DNA of 52,626 nt, taken from assembly GCA_029907705.1 (NCBI GenBank), contig JARYLJ010000006.1, forward strand, positions 10,271 to 62,896, read 5' to 3'. Position numbers and translations under genes: made by a program. This document shows positions 28,330-38,441 of the stretch, piece by piece. The first letter of the stretch is position 1. Every line of letters begins with the position of its first letter. The DNA is from Methanomicrobiales archaeon. GTDB lineage: Archaea; Halobacteriota; Methanomicrobia; Methanomicrobiales; JACTUA01. Under the pieces are notes generated by a model. It was not told the DNA's origin. It worked only from the letters and a program-made list of their open reading frames with translations, and ran no database searches.

Positions 28330-29190
28330 TCATACCAGCGGTTCTGGGCTCTCCTCCCCTCCGACCGGAAGGGCGGATGTCTTCACAAACAAAGGGCCCG
28401 AAACTTCCTTCAGCCTCGCCATGATTAGCTCCTTGCCCCTCTCCGTCAGCGCGAAGACAGGTATCGATGCCCCCGCCTGAACCATTGCATATCTTCCCGC
28501 ATGCGCTCTAATCCATCTGGATGCACAGGCGGAGACGATATCGGCCGCCTCCAGTAGGCGCACCGCCTCATCCTCGGAGAGGCCGGTGAGGTGCACCCCG
28601 ATGATGAGCGCGTTATCATCCACCCTCCTTATCCCTTCGGCGGTTTCCGGCGCAGTCACCGTGACCGCCACCCGACGGTAGCCCATATCATGGGCGATCA
28701 GCAGGCCCTTTCCCTGATCGATCGTTGCCGTTTCCGGGAAGCAGACCCTGCCGCCATTCATGGCGATATTCCGGATCACCTCTTCGATGGGCGATGTCCT
28801 GATCAGCCCCGACATGCGCCCGCCTATCCCCTGGACCAGTTCGGGGGAGGTGGCAATCACCGTCCCTGCACCATCACAGGCGATCACCCCTGCATCCAGC
28901 AGACCCGTCCTCAGGCCTGTGCAGATCAGCTCAGAGGCACCGAATGTGACGAAATCCCTGCTGGAGAGGAGCTCCCGCTGCTCCGTGCACATCCCCATCT
29001 CCTGGATCCGTGCCTCCACGCTCTCTCTGATCACATCGGGCTCGAGTGTGTGCACAGGGCGCGAGAACCGCCGCGCGAGCGGGCATCTCCTGATCTTCGG
29101 CTCACCGATCTCCGCTATACTGCCCCCTCTGATGACAATTCTCGTCTTCCCCAGCGTCTCTATCACGTGTTCATCGGTCAGATACACCAC
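28330..29190 (-). CDS. Conserved archaeal protein of unknown function, possibly methanogenesis marker protein 8 / DUF2099-like
   Basis: 286 aa with the motif GVIACDGAGTVI. The family assignment comes from memory and is weak. Confidence 0.35.
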   Translation of the reverse strand: MVYLTDEHVIETLGKTRIVIRGGSIAEIGEPKIRRCPLARRFSRPVHTLEPDVIRESVEARIQEMGMCTEQRELLSSRDFVTFGASELICTGLRTGLLDAGVIACDGAGTVIATSPELVQGIGGRMSGLIRTSPIEEVIRNIAMNGGRVCFPETATIDQGKGLLIAHDMGYRRVAVTVTAPETAEGIRRVDDNALIIGVHLTGLSEDEAVRLLEAADIVSACASRWIRAHAGRYAMVQAGASIPVFALTERGKELIMARLKEVSGPLFVKTSALPVGGEESPEPLV

Positions 29191-29287
29191 TTCAGGAATG
29201 CTCCGGATCTCTTCAGCATTAATCTCGTTTGGGAGGAATCAAGATAGCTCTCTTCAGGCATCTGCTCCTGATGCTTCAGGGAATCCT

Positions 29288-29683
29288 TCAGGTGCCCCAG
29301 CCCCAGTGCGGGGGAAAGGCGTCTCTCACGGTCTCCTCCAGATCCTTTTCAGGTATAGATATGGATCGCACCCTCTCTCCCAGAATCCTTCGAATCCTCT
29401 TTCGGACCTCTTTTGGCCTGAAGAGGAGGATGGATCTCTGCTCCACCTCCCGCACACGCAGGGAATGAATGTCCCAATGGCAAAAAGGGCAGAGGACGAG
29501 GATATGCGCCTCGAGATCCTCCGCGGATGCACAATCGGGGGAAGGGGCACCTTCGATGAAATGGGTCTCGAGGATGGTATGAGGGAACTCGTCACCGCAG
29601 ATCTCGCATCGGAGACCCAGCTCCAGTTTGATCCGCCTCTCCTTCAACTCGCCCGGACGGAGTTTCATGGGCACTGGGGACAT
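29288..29683 (-). CDS. Small HNH-endonuclease-like zinc-ribbon protein
   Basis: CEICGDEF...ETHFIEG...LCPFCHWDIH. Two Cys pairs flank an HNH-like histidine motif. Confidence 0.45.
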   Translation of the reverse strand: MSPVPMKLRPGELKERRIKLELGLRCEICGDEFPHTILETHFIEGAPSPDCASAEDLEAHILVLCPFCHWDIHSLRVREVEQRSILLFRPKEVRKRIRRILGERVRSISIPEKDLEETVRDAFPPHWGWGT

Positions 29684-29818
29684 AACCTTTAATGGACTGC
29701 TCCCTTCAGAAACATATAAGTTGTGCCGTATGGTGTAAAAGAACGGTTATGTCGCACAGCAGGCCGGGTTGGGGTGATCCACCCTGTCCTCTCCGAAGGG
29801 TATTAGCAGGGAGAACGG

Positions 29819-30640
29819 ATGAACAGAGAGACCGATGAAGTGCCAAACCCGCGGGAGATCAGATACTGGGAGGTGGATGCGCTCAGGGGCCTGGCCGTCT
29901 TCATGATGATCCTCTATCATATCCTCTTCGACATCGATTACCTCGACATCGCACGAATTCAGGTTGGAACAGGCCCTCTCCGTCTTCTCGCCCTCGCGAC
30001 AGTCACCATCTTCCTCCTGCTCGTCGGGGTCTCGCTGACCATGAGCTATCACCGTCATTCCAGGGTGGAGGGGATAACTGGATATGGCAGGTTCTTCCGG
30101 CGGGGCCTGCGGATCCTTGTACTGGCAGGGACCGTCACCCTCGTCACATATCTCGTGATCCCCGAACGCTTCATCGTATTCGGCGTGCTCCACTGCATCG
30201 GATTATCGGTCATCATCGGCCCCCTCTTCATCAGGCTGGGCGCCTGGAATTTTTTCACCGGTTGCATCTGTATCCTGATGGGCTCACTTCTCTCGACATT
30301 TTCTGGTCCTGCCTGGCTTCTGTGGGCGGGTATCGTCCCCGATGGCTTTGCAAGCCTGGATTATGTGCCAATGTTCCCCTGGTTCGGTGTGGTGATGGTC
30401 GGCATCGCAGCCGGTACCCTGCTCTATCCTGAGGGCATCCGTGCATTCAGCATCAGAAAACCCTCCTCCTGGCTCTATTCGCCTCTGCTCTGGTCAGGGA
30501 GGCATTCCCTCCTCGTCTATATGATACATCAGCCACTCATCCTCGGGGCTCTCGGAATACTTTATCCAGTGGGAATCCAGCATCTTTTCTCAGGGACGCT
30601 TCTCACGGGCATCATTGCCCTCCGTTGTTTCGTGCAGTGA
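29819..30640 (+). CDS. DUF1624/HGSNAT-like polytopic membrane protein (acyltransferase-3-like)
   Basis: N-terminal motif R..EVDALRGLAVFMMILYHI and 8-9 transmembrane helices. Confidence 0.55.
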   Translation: MNRETDEVPNPREIRYWEVDALRGLAVFMMILYHILFDIDYLDIARIQVGTGPLRLLALATVTIFLLLVGVSLTMSYHRHSRVEGITGYGRFFRRGLRILVLAGTVTLVTYLVIPERFIVFGVLHCIGLSVIIGPLFIRLGAWNFFTGCICILMGSLLSTFSGPAWLLWAGIVPDGFASLDYVPMFPWFGVVMVGIAAGTLLYPEGIRAFSIRKPSSWLYSPLLWSGRHSLLVYMIHQPLILGALGILYPVGIQHLFSGTLLTGIIALRCFVQ

Positions 30641-30717
30641 TACCGTTCACCGATCGGGCGAATCCGGAAGCGTTTCTGATGAATAAAAATATAGGGGCGT
30701 GGGGTGATTTGGTATGG

Positions 30718-31884
30718 ATGCGTCAGCGGGCAGGTTACCTCATTTTTATGCTTTTATTGGTATCCCTCCTCATCACCGGGGCCTGCGGTATGGAAGAATG
30801 CCCGCTTCCCACACCATGTCCTGAAGGGAATATCACACCATCGGGCCCTGCGAACGTCTCTGAAGTCATCTGTGTCTATCTATTCTATGGTCAGGGATGT
30901 CCACATTGCGCGAGGGTCGAACCGGTCGTCGATGGGCTCGCGGCGAAGTATCCGCGGGTGCAGGTGAAGAAATTCGAGGTCTATTTTAACACGACGAATC
31001 AGGCGATGTTCCGTGATTTCCTCACGCGATACAACGTCAGTGTGGAGGGCGTCCCCATACTCTTCATCGGAGATCGTGCACTGATCGGGGAGAGCTCCAT
31101 CCGCGACAACCTGGAGCCGAGCATCCTCTATTTCATCGAGCACGGCCCCATCTGTCCGGAGGAATATGGAAAGATGGGTGATGGAGGCAATGGGCTCTCC
31201 CCGAGCACAAAGCCGGATCTCACCCTGCCCTCCGTCGTGGTGGCCGCCCTTGTGGACAGTGTCAATCCGTGTGCGTTCGCGGTGCTCATCATTCTCCTCT
31301 CGTATCTCACCTCCCTGAACGATCGGAGAAGGGTGAAATATGTGGGTATCGCCTATATCGTAACGGTATTCATCGTCTATTTCATCTCCGGCATCGGTCT
31401 CCTCGTCTTCGTCCAGGGCCTCGGTCTCACGAAGATCGTCTATGCCATTGCTGCAGGCATCGCGATCACGGCCGGGGCGGTGAACCTGTACGAAGCGATC
31501 AAACCGGGCAGCCGTTACTCGCTCTCCATCCCCGAGTCGAAAAAAGGATTGATAAAGGAGTACATCCTCAGGGCATCCATTCCTGCCGCCATCGTGCTCG
31601 GGGGCCTCGTGAGCATCTTCGAACTGCCATGCACCGGAGGGATATATCTCGCGATCCTGGGGTTGCTTGGCACGCGTATGACCTTCACGGAGGGTATACC
31701 GTATCTCGTCCTGTACAATCTCATCTTCGTACTGCCGCTCTTCATCATCTTCGCCGTCGTCTACTGGGGTCTTTCGCCATCGATGGTGGAGGGCTGGAGG
31801 ACGGGGAGCAAACCGATCGTTCGTGCCCTCATGGGGCTCGTGATGATCGGTCTCGGCGCGGCGATGCTACTGGGCGTCGTGTAA
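30718..31884 (+). CDS. Thioredoxin-domain (CPHC) protein fused to a CcdA/DsbD-like membrane thiol-disulfide transporter domain
   Basis: Signal peptide, then a thioredoxin fold YGQGCPHCARVEP, then a 6-transmembrane domain with conserved Cys (VNPCAF... ELPCTGG). The track ORF starts at 30625, and an ATG at 30679 is an alternative. Confidence 0.75.
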   Translation: MRQRAGYLIFMLLLVSLLITGACGMEECPLPTPCPEGNITPSGPANVSEVICVYLFYGQGCPHCARVEPVVDGLAAKYPRVQVKKFEVYFNTTNQAMFRDFLTRYNVSVEGVPILFIGDRALIGESSIRDNLEPSILYFIEHGPICPEEYGKMGDGGNGLSPSTKPDLTLPSVVVAALVDSVNPCAFAVLIILLSYLTSLNDRRRVKYVGIAYIVTVFIVYFISGIGLLVFVQGLGLTKIVYAIAAGIAITAGAVNLYEAIKPGSRYSLSIPESKKGLIKEYILRASIPAAIVLGGLVSIFELPCTGGIYLAILGLLGTRMTFTEGIPYLVLYNLIFVLPLFIIFAVVYWGLSPSMVEGWRTGSKPIVRALMGLVMIGLGAAMLLGVV

Positions 31885-32591
31885 CGGGTTGGTTCATGAA
31901 GGATCTGCCATCATGAACGGTTTATCTTTCTGGCACGAGTACGGGGAGCCCTGGGCATCTTCATGGTCGTATCCCGGATCGTATTGAAGGAGGGTAAATT
32001 CACCCGGATTAGCCATGGTGAAGTTTCTGGACCCATGCAGTGGCCCATTGAACGTTCAGTCGAGGGTCCATCTCATCGATCTCATCCCGGGTATGGTCCA
32101 TTCGCGCCACAAGATATGGACCATCCTCTGGAGAATGGCAATATATCGAGTATCTCATGGGGAGATGCATCTTATGGAAAAGATATCTGCCCTTTCATGG
32201 GAGAGGCCGAATCGGCGATCGTTGCACTCTGCGGTTTGTCATCGGTCTTTGACGCTGCTCGTGCATGAGAGGCAGCTCATGAGCCGGGATGGTAAAAAAT
32301 GCGATCCTGGCATCATCTTCAAAATGCCCCTACCACTCTACCCGGCACCCGGTTCAGCCGCATACCCATGTCGTATTGCGATGATGGATCTCGCCAGTGA
32401 CATGGTCTGGACAGGGTATGGCGATCAGGACCGTATCCCGTATGGAGGCGGGGCGTGAATCGCATTCACGCACGACGTAATGGCAACAGTTCCCCCGCTT
32501 CGGCTGGCATGGGAAAGAGCAGATCGTGTCTGTTTCCGGGCGAAACAAATGGCAATATTGTTGAGCCAGGCCGTCTCTACAGATCAATGGC

Positions 32592-33371
32592 ATGGCTGAT
32601 CTCCTCTTCATCGTCACCGCCTCGGAGAAGCGGAAGAGACTGCTTATCCTGCTCCAGAAGGGGCCGAAGACGATGGACGAGATCCGCGAACTCCTGCAGG
32701 TGACCACGACAGGCATGCTCCCGCAGATCAAGATCCTCGTGGAAAATGGGTTAATAAGAAAGGACAGGGGGGCGTATCAACTCACCGAGATGGGGGAGGT
32801 CGTCGCCGCACGGCTCGAAGGGCTCGTCGAGACGCTGGAGGTCTTCGGGGAGGGGGAGTTCTGGCGGCTTCACGATCTCTCGGCGATACCTGCGCACCTG
32901 AGAATGAGGATCGGGGAACTCCTCGGTTACAGGCTTATCAGTTCGAGCGCAGAGGAGCTGTACGAATCCCACCATGAATTCCTCGAGAAGATCCAGCACT
33001 CCCGTCAGGTGAAGGGTTTTTCACCGATCCTCCATCCGATATACCCGAGATTCTTCCTCGAACTGGCGAAAAAAGGGGTGGATATTACACTCGTGCTGAC
33101 GGAGAATGTGTATGCAAAATGCGAACGGCAGTACGGAGAGATGCTACGCGAGGGCCTGAGTTACCCCAATGCACAGCTCTTCGTCACAGGCGAGGAGTTT
33201 CGCTTCGCCTTCGTGGTGACCGATCTCTTCCTGTCACTGACCCTCTTCTTCCGGGACGGGCGCTTCGATACCAAGGTGGACCTGAACTGCACATCGGAGC
33301 GGGGGCTTGCATGGGGCGAGGATCTCTTCAGATACTGCCTGGAAAGATCGCGACCTGCAGCATTCCCGTAA
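32592..33371 (+). CDS. Winged-helix transcriptional regulator with a C-terminal DUF1724-like domain (archaeal)
   Basis: An N-terminal wHTH (KRKRLLILLQKGPKTMDEIRELL) and a ~170-aa C-terminal domain common in methanogen and haloarchaeal regulators. Confidence 0.55.
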   Translation: MADLLFIVTASEKRKRLLILLQKGPKTMDEIRELLQVTTTGMLPQIKILVENGLIRKDRGAYQLTEMGEVVAARLEGLVETLEVFGEGEFWRLHDLSAIPAHLRMRIGELLGYRLISSSAEELYESHHEFLEKIQHSRQVKGFSPILHPIYPRFFLELAKKGVDITLVLTENVYAKCERQYGEMLREGLSYPNAQLFVTGEEFRFAFVVTDLFLSLTLFFRDGRFDTKVDLNCTSERGLAWGEDLFRYCLERSRPAAFP

Positions 33372-34158
33372 AAAACCGAAGGAAGAGAGAGAGGGTTGAC
33401 TCCCCATCGATGAAGAGCTGGCGGAGGTATCTTTTCACGCCCTCTGTCTGGTGCTCCCATTCCACACTGTAGAGCGAGATGAATAATACTCCGATCAGTC
33501 CGCTGTATCCGATGATGATCGATTCAGGCCGGATATAGCCCTGGAAGATGAGCAGGGCCATGGCCAGATGGAGGATGAGCGATAAGAAGGCGAGGAGAAG
33601 ACGGGATCGCCTCACGCCCAGACAGGCGGGTATCGTGCGGATGCCGGCCGAGAGATCCCCCTCCATATCCTTCATATCGAACAGGGTGGAGTTGATGAAG
33701 AGCTTCACTCCGAAGAAGAGAAGGATACAGCAGGGTACGATGGCATTACTCGCCCAGTGGGCGATCACCAGCGCGATCGACGCCCCCCATGTGAGGCCGA
33801 TCACCAGATTCTTCACTCCTGCCCCTCTCTTCAGTTTCAACGAACGACCCGCGATGGATACACCCCTGGTATAGAGGTATCCTGTGATCAGGGGGAGGAG
33901 TGGAACCAGTAAGAGCCCGTCCCATGCGAAGAGCAGAGCACCTGCCGCATACGCCGTCGCGCAGACCACGACTCCGGCCCTTCGGTCAGCGTTCCAGCAC
34001 CCCAGCTGATTGACCCGGTCCTCCGCGCAGGGGATCGTTCGGTCGAGCGTATACACGGCATATATGACAAGTGCAGAGGCAATGCAGGGGTTTGCGGATG
34101 GCGCGATGCCGGAGAGAAGGAATGCGATGAAAACCCTGAAGCCGCCGGATACCCCCAC
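33328..34158 (-). CDS. UbiA-family prenyltransferase (membrane)
   Basis: 8-9 transmembrane helices and two Asp-rich motifs (YTLDRTIPCAEDR and DMKDMEGD). Confidence 0.6.
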   Translation of the reverse strand: MGVSGGFRVFIAFLLSGIAPSANPCIASALVIYAVYTLDRTIPCAEDRVNQLGCWNADRRAGVVVCATAYAAGALLFAWDGLLLVPLLPLITGYLYTRGVSIAGRSLKLKRGAGVKNLVIGLTWGASIALVIAHWASNAIVPCCILLFFGVKLFINSTLFDMKDMEGDLSAGIRTIPACLGVRRSRLLLAFLSLILHLAMALLIFQGYIRPESIIIGYSGLIGVLFISLYSVEWEHQTEGVKRYLRQLFIDGESTLSLFLRFFTGMLQVAIFPGSI

Positions 34159-34528
34159 CGGAACGGATGCGAGGAGGAGCTACAGGGTCGGCCTGTTTGG
34201 TGTCACCATCGAATGAAAAATTTTTTCCGGGAGGCATATTACAAACGGACAGTAAGATTTCAATAGCATTGAAATTTTCAAGGGTATTGAAGAATTGCCC
34301 TCCGTTTACAATATATGCGGAGGAATGGAATTTAATAACCGGGAACTGTAGCGCACCGCTTACAGGCTGTCCGGGTCACATTTAATCCACAGGAATAACA
34401 GGTCTCTCACTGCAGGGAGGTCGATCGTGAGGCACGCCAAAAAAATACCTTCTTACCCTCTTCTTTCAACTGCTGCCCTGAACGACTATGATTTTACCGG
34501 TTCCAGCGATGCAGGTTTCGAAGGCCTG

Positions 34529-36748
34529 ATGCACGAGACGATCAGGATCCTGGTGGTGGACGGAAATTCGGCATATCTGAATCTCGCGAAGCGTTATCTC
34601 GAAGGAGAGGGGGATATGGAGGTGATACCTGCGAGGAGCATCTCCGAAGCCCGGGAGATCTTTGCACATACGAAGATCGATGCGATCGTGACGGAGGTGA
34701 TACCTCCCCATGTGGACGGGATTGGATTCCTCAAAGAGCTCAGAGCAGGATTGAACAGAACCCCCTTCATTATATTCACGAACCGCAGGAGGGAGAGGTT
34801 CACATCTGGAGAGTACGAGACGGGAGAGGATCTCTACCTGCGGAAAGGCAGGAACCCCGGCACCCAGTATGGGATTCTCGCGAATTTCATAAGAAAGGCG
34901 GTCGGTCAGTCCCGGGCGGTTCTGTCGCTGCAGGGCAGAGAGCGGGAGTACAGGATGCTTCGGGAGGTCGTCGATCGGCTTCCCGATCCCGCATTCGCCA
35001 TCGACCGGGAGGGAAGGGTCACATACTGGAACCGCGCCATCGAAGAGATGACCGGAATTCCTTCAGAGAAGATGCTCGGAAAGGGCGAATTCGAGTACGC
35101 GATCCCCTTCAACGGGAGGAGGAGGGCGATGCTGATCGATCTGGTCCTGTCACCCGCAGAGGAGATCGCGAAGCACTACAGGTGCTTTTGGCGCGAGGGC
35201 GACATACTGGCGGCAGAGATGGCTCTGCCCCATTTCAAGGGCGCAAAGAAGGTCTTCTGGACGAGGGCGACTCCGCTGTACAGCGACGAGGGGGAGCTGT
35301 TGGGGGCGATCGAGTCGATCAGGGATCTGACCGATCACGCTGACCCTGGAAAGGAGATGGATGAGAACGAGCAGAAGTACAGAAGTCTGGTAGACAATGC
35401 CCGAATGGCTATCGTCGTCGCTCAGCACGGGAGGATCCAGTTCATGAACCCGTTTGGTCTCGATTTCTTCGGTGTGACCGGAGAGGAGGCGAAGGGAATG
35501 CCGATCGTGGCATTCATTCACCCGGAAGATCGGCAGAGAGTCCTGGAATACCACGAGAAGAGAATGCGCGGGGCGGATCTCCCCACCAGCTATGCATTCC
35601 GTGTCATCGATCGCGAGGGAAGGACCCGGGTGGTGGAGATCACGGTGATACCGATCACCTGGGAGGGCGAACCCGCCACCCTGAACCTGTTGCAGGATAT
35701 GACCGATCGGATTCGTATGGAAGCCGCACTGAGAGAACGGGAGAACCTCTACAGGACGCTGGCAGAGACGGCCCCGGCAATGATCTATCTGATCGATTCC
35801 GAAGGTCGTGTGAGATATATCAATTCAAAGGGGGCTCTCCCATTCGGAGAGGGGGCAGAGGCACTGGTGGGAAGGCATCTCACCGAGCTCTTTCCCCGGG
35901 AGATTGCGGAGCAGCATCTCGCGGCGATCCGTGAGGTGATACAGACCGGAAAGTCCCTTTATCGTGAGATCCAGGAAGAGTTCCCCACCGGATGCGAGTG
36001 GATCGAGGTGAGGCTGAATCCGGTGCATAATGCAGGGGGTGAGGTGGATGCGGTGCTCGGGATGTTATTCAACATCAGCGACCGGAGGCGGATGACCGAA
36101 CAGCTGAAGCAGAACGAACGCCTCCTCTCTGACATATTCCAGAGCATTCAGGATGGCATCGGCGTGGTGGACAGCGAGATGCGCATCCTGCAGGTGAACC
36201 ACACGGTCGAGGAATGGTTCCATCATCGCAAACCGTTCATCGGGAAACGGTGCTTCGAGGTATTTCGGGGCCGCCGTGCAATATGCGAAGAATGCCCCGT
36301 GAGGCATACCCTCGCCACAGGGGCAACGGCACATGCATGTGTACCGCTTATAGGTCCTTCGGGATCGGTTGCCGGATGGCTGGATATCCACTCCTCCGCT
36401 CTCATCAATGGCGAAACAGGGGGACTGAAAGGTGCCATCATTTATATGAAGAATATCACGAACCAGAAGATACTCGAGGAGGTGGAGAAGAAGGCCTTCG
36501 AGCAGATCGAGAGGAACGTGGTCCAGCTCTCCATCCTGAACGACCATATCAGAAATCCCCTGGCAGTGATTGTGGCGCTCGCCTCCATGGAAGGTGGACC
36601 GGTGATGGACCGGATACTGGTGCAGGCGAAGGAGATCGATCGGATCATCACAGAACTGGATATGGGGTGGCTGGAGTCGGAGAAGATCAGAGAGTTTATG
36701 CGGAAGCACTACGGGGTGATGTCCGACGATTCGCGGGCATCGGAATAG
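34529..36748 (+). CDS. Receiver-like domain (Asp to Glu at the phospho-acceptor) fused to multiple PAS domains and a C-terminal H-box-only module. Paralog of ORF 1..2583.
   Basis: The receiver block IRILVVDGNS...IDAIVTEVIPPHVDG aligns to CheY with Glu in place of D57 and DG in place of DD. Four to five PAS domains follow. The C-terminus ILNDHIRNPLAVIVALASMEG...HYGVM is highly similar to the 2200-2583 region. The track ORF starts at 34427, and the ATG at 34529 (MHETIRILVV) is preferred. Confidence 0.75.
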   Translation: MHETIRILVVDGNSAYLNLAKRYLEGEGDMEVIPARSISEAREIFAHTKIDAIVTEVIPPHVDGIGFLKELRAGLNRTPFIIFTNRRRERFTSGEYETGEDLYLRKGRNPGTQYGILANFIRKAVGQSRAVLSLQGREREYRMLREVVDRLPDPAFAIDREGRVTYWNRAIEEMTGIPSEKMLGKGEFEYAIPFNGRRRAMLIDLVLSPAEEIAKHYRCFWREGDILAAEMALPHFKGAKKVFWTRATPLYSDEGELLGAIESIRDLTDHADPGKEMDENEQKYRSLVDNARMAIVVAQHGRIQFMNPFGLDFFGVTGEEAKGMPIVAFIHPEDRQRVLEYHEKRMRGADLPTSYAFRVIDREGRTRVVEITVIPITWEGEPATLNLLQDMTDRIRMEAALRERENLYRTLAETAPAMIYLIDSEGRVRYINSKGALPFGEGAEALVGRHLTELFPREIAEQHLAAIREVIQTGKSLYREIQEEFPTGCEWIEVRLNPVHNAGGEVDAVLGMLFNISDRRRMTEQLKQNERLLSDIFQSIQDGIGVVDSEMRILQVNHTVEEWFHHRKPFIGKRCFEVFRGRRAICEECPVRHTLATGATAHACVPLIGPSGSVAGWLDIHSSALINGETGGLKGAIIYMKNITNQKILEEVEKKAFEQIERNVVQLSILNDHIRNPLAVIVALASMEGGPVMDRILVQAKEIDRIITELDMGWLESEKIREFMRKHYGVMSDDSRASE

Positions 36749-37595
36749 CCAGTGATTCGAGGATCTTCGCCTCCACACCGGATGCCGAAGCGGTGCTCGG
36801 GTTCGGAATCCCTGCCTTCACAATAACGTTCCCGAAGCGGTTTTGCAATCTGCCATTGATCGGGCAGCATAATGGATGAGATCCTGCCTGAGGCAGATGG
36901 ATCCCAACAGGAATGAAAGGGAAGATCGGCTCCTTCTGCGATTCGACTTTCCCATTCTTCGATAGCTCCCATCGAAAAAAATTCATCGGTGTGAACGGTC
37001 GTTCGAGGACCTTCGGGTCTGCAAATAAAAAAAGAAAACAAACGATATCGATCCTGAAAACATCTTGCTGTCCGAACGTCACGAGGGAAGGGAGAGTAGG
37101 ACATTCAAGAAGAGATAGGCGAGACTGCCGGTGAAAAGGGACTCAACACCGCGTGAATCGATCCAGGCTGAACTTCTTCCATGAACCGGATCGACTGAAA
37201 GGGATACATCCGCCGTTCGCGAGTAATGGCGCCCTTCTGTGCGATTACCTCTCTCTTTCGGATTGAACTCCGGGCGATCCCCTGCATGTAAAGAGAATAT
37301 GACGGGGGTGCCATGCGTTCGTCATTCGGACACGGCAGGCGTCATACCACCATGTTCGATCCGATCGCTTTATCCCGAGCGATATCCTAAATCGAGAATC
37401 CTCGGGATTGCTTCTGTTCGAAGTCGTGATAAAAACGCCTCCTCGAAAAGAGAGGGGACAGGCGGACTCCGATGGTTCGAAGGGTCTGGAATGGGTCAAA
37501 ATGGACGATGAGCGGCGAGCATCGGATGGCCCTTGTTACATGGCGATCGGTAATGTTCTCCTGCAGAAGACCGGATCGATTCGAATGAAAAGAAT

Positions 37596-38111
37596 TCAGA
37601 GTTCCTCGGACGCCGGCGCTCTCTCCGCCCTGAAGTATCCGAACCCCTTCGGCAGCTCATCCGTGAACCTGTAGGTGTACCTCGTCTGCGGAGTCGTGAT
37701 CGTCAGAGATGGAATGGTAACACCGAATCTGTGCTCGGGGAACCAGTACGCACCATCGCCATAATCGATAACCTCATCATCGATCGAAAATACCGCGCTC
37801 GCCAGATCGATGCTCCTGACCGGGGCGTTCTCGTAATTTAATATTCTGGTCAGTTTGCTCTTCAGATCGCTCTTTCCAAGGAGAATGACCAGTATCTTCG
37901 CCGCCGGGTCGAGCTCGTACTCGATCTGGATGTTGGCGCTCCTGTCCTGCAGATAGATCCCTACTGCCTTCACCGTGATGTAGCTGTATCTGGAATCCGA
38001 CTCCGCTGCCGCCGGTATTATCGTGATACCACTGGCAAGGATGAGAGAGATGGCGATCAGCAGCGAGAGTGACCTGCCCTTCATCACCATTGATCTCAGG
38101 ATGGAGTTCAT
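37596..38111 (-). CDS. Secreted hypothetical protein
   Basis: Signal peptide LSLLIAISLILASGITIIPAAA. 171 aa with no recognised motif. Confidence 0.5.
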   Translation of the reverse strand: MNSILRSMVMKGRSLSLLIAISLILASGITIIPAAAESDSRYSYITVKAVGIYLQDRSANIQIEYELDPAAKILVILLGKSDLKSKLTRILNYENAPVRSIDLASAVFSIDDEVIDYGDGAYWFPEHRFGVTIPSLTITTPQTRYTYRFTDELPKGFGYFRAERAPASEEL

Positions 38112-38155
38112 AAATTCTTTATGGTGGGGATGATCCAGAACAGGAGAAAAGAGTG

Positions 38156-38440
38156 TTACTTATTCTGGGCAAGAACGATCTCGATACTGGAGACGTTCGT
38201 CTTGCCGCTATCGGTCTCTATCACCTCTGTGGAGGTGACAATCTGCTTCTTCACCACATTGTCGAGGAATCTGTTCAGGGCAATCTCTGCTGTATCCACT
38301 GCTCTGGAGATCGCCTTCCCCCTCGCCTTGATCGCCACCTCTGATGCACCGTTGTTGAACTGAGTCACCACTGCAAGCACGTAATTCATGACGGGTTTAT
38401 TTCCGACGAATACTGTGTTCTCCTTCTGCATGGAATTCAC
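38156..38440 (-). CDS. alba: Alba DNA/RNA-binding chromatin protein
   Basis: [21 protein letters not shown]...[19 protein letters not shown] is the canonical Alba fold. Length 94 aa. Confidence 0.85.
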   Translation of the reverse strand: MNSMQKENTVFVGNKPVMNYVLAVVTQFNNGASEVAIKARGKAISRAVDTAEIALNRFLDNVVKKQIVTSTEVIETDSGKTNVSSIEIVLAQNK

Positions 38441-38441
38441 C

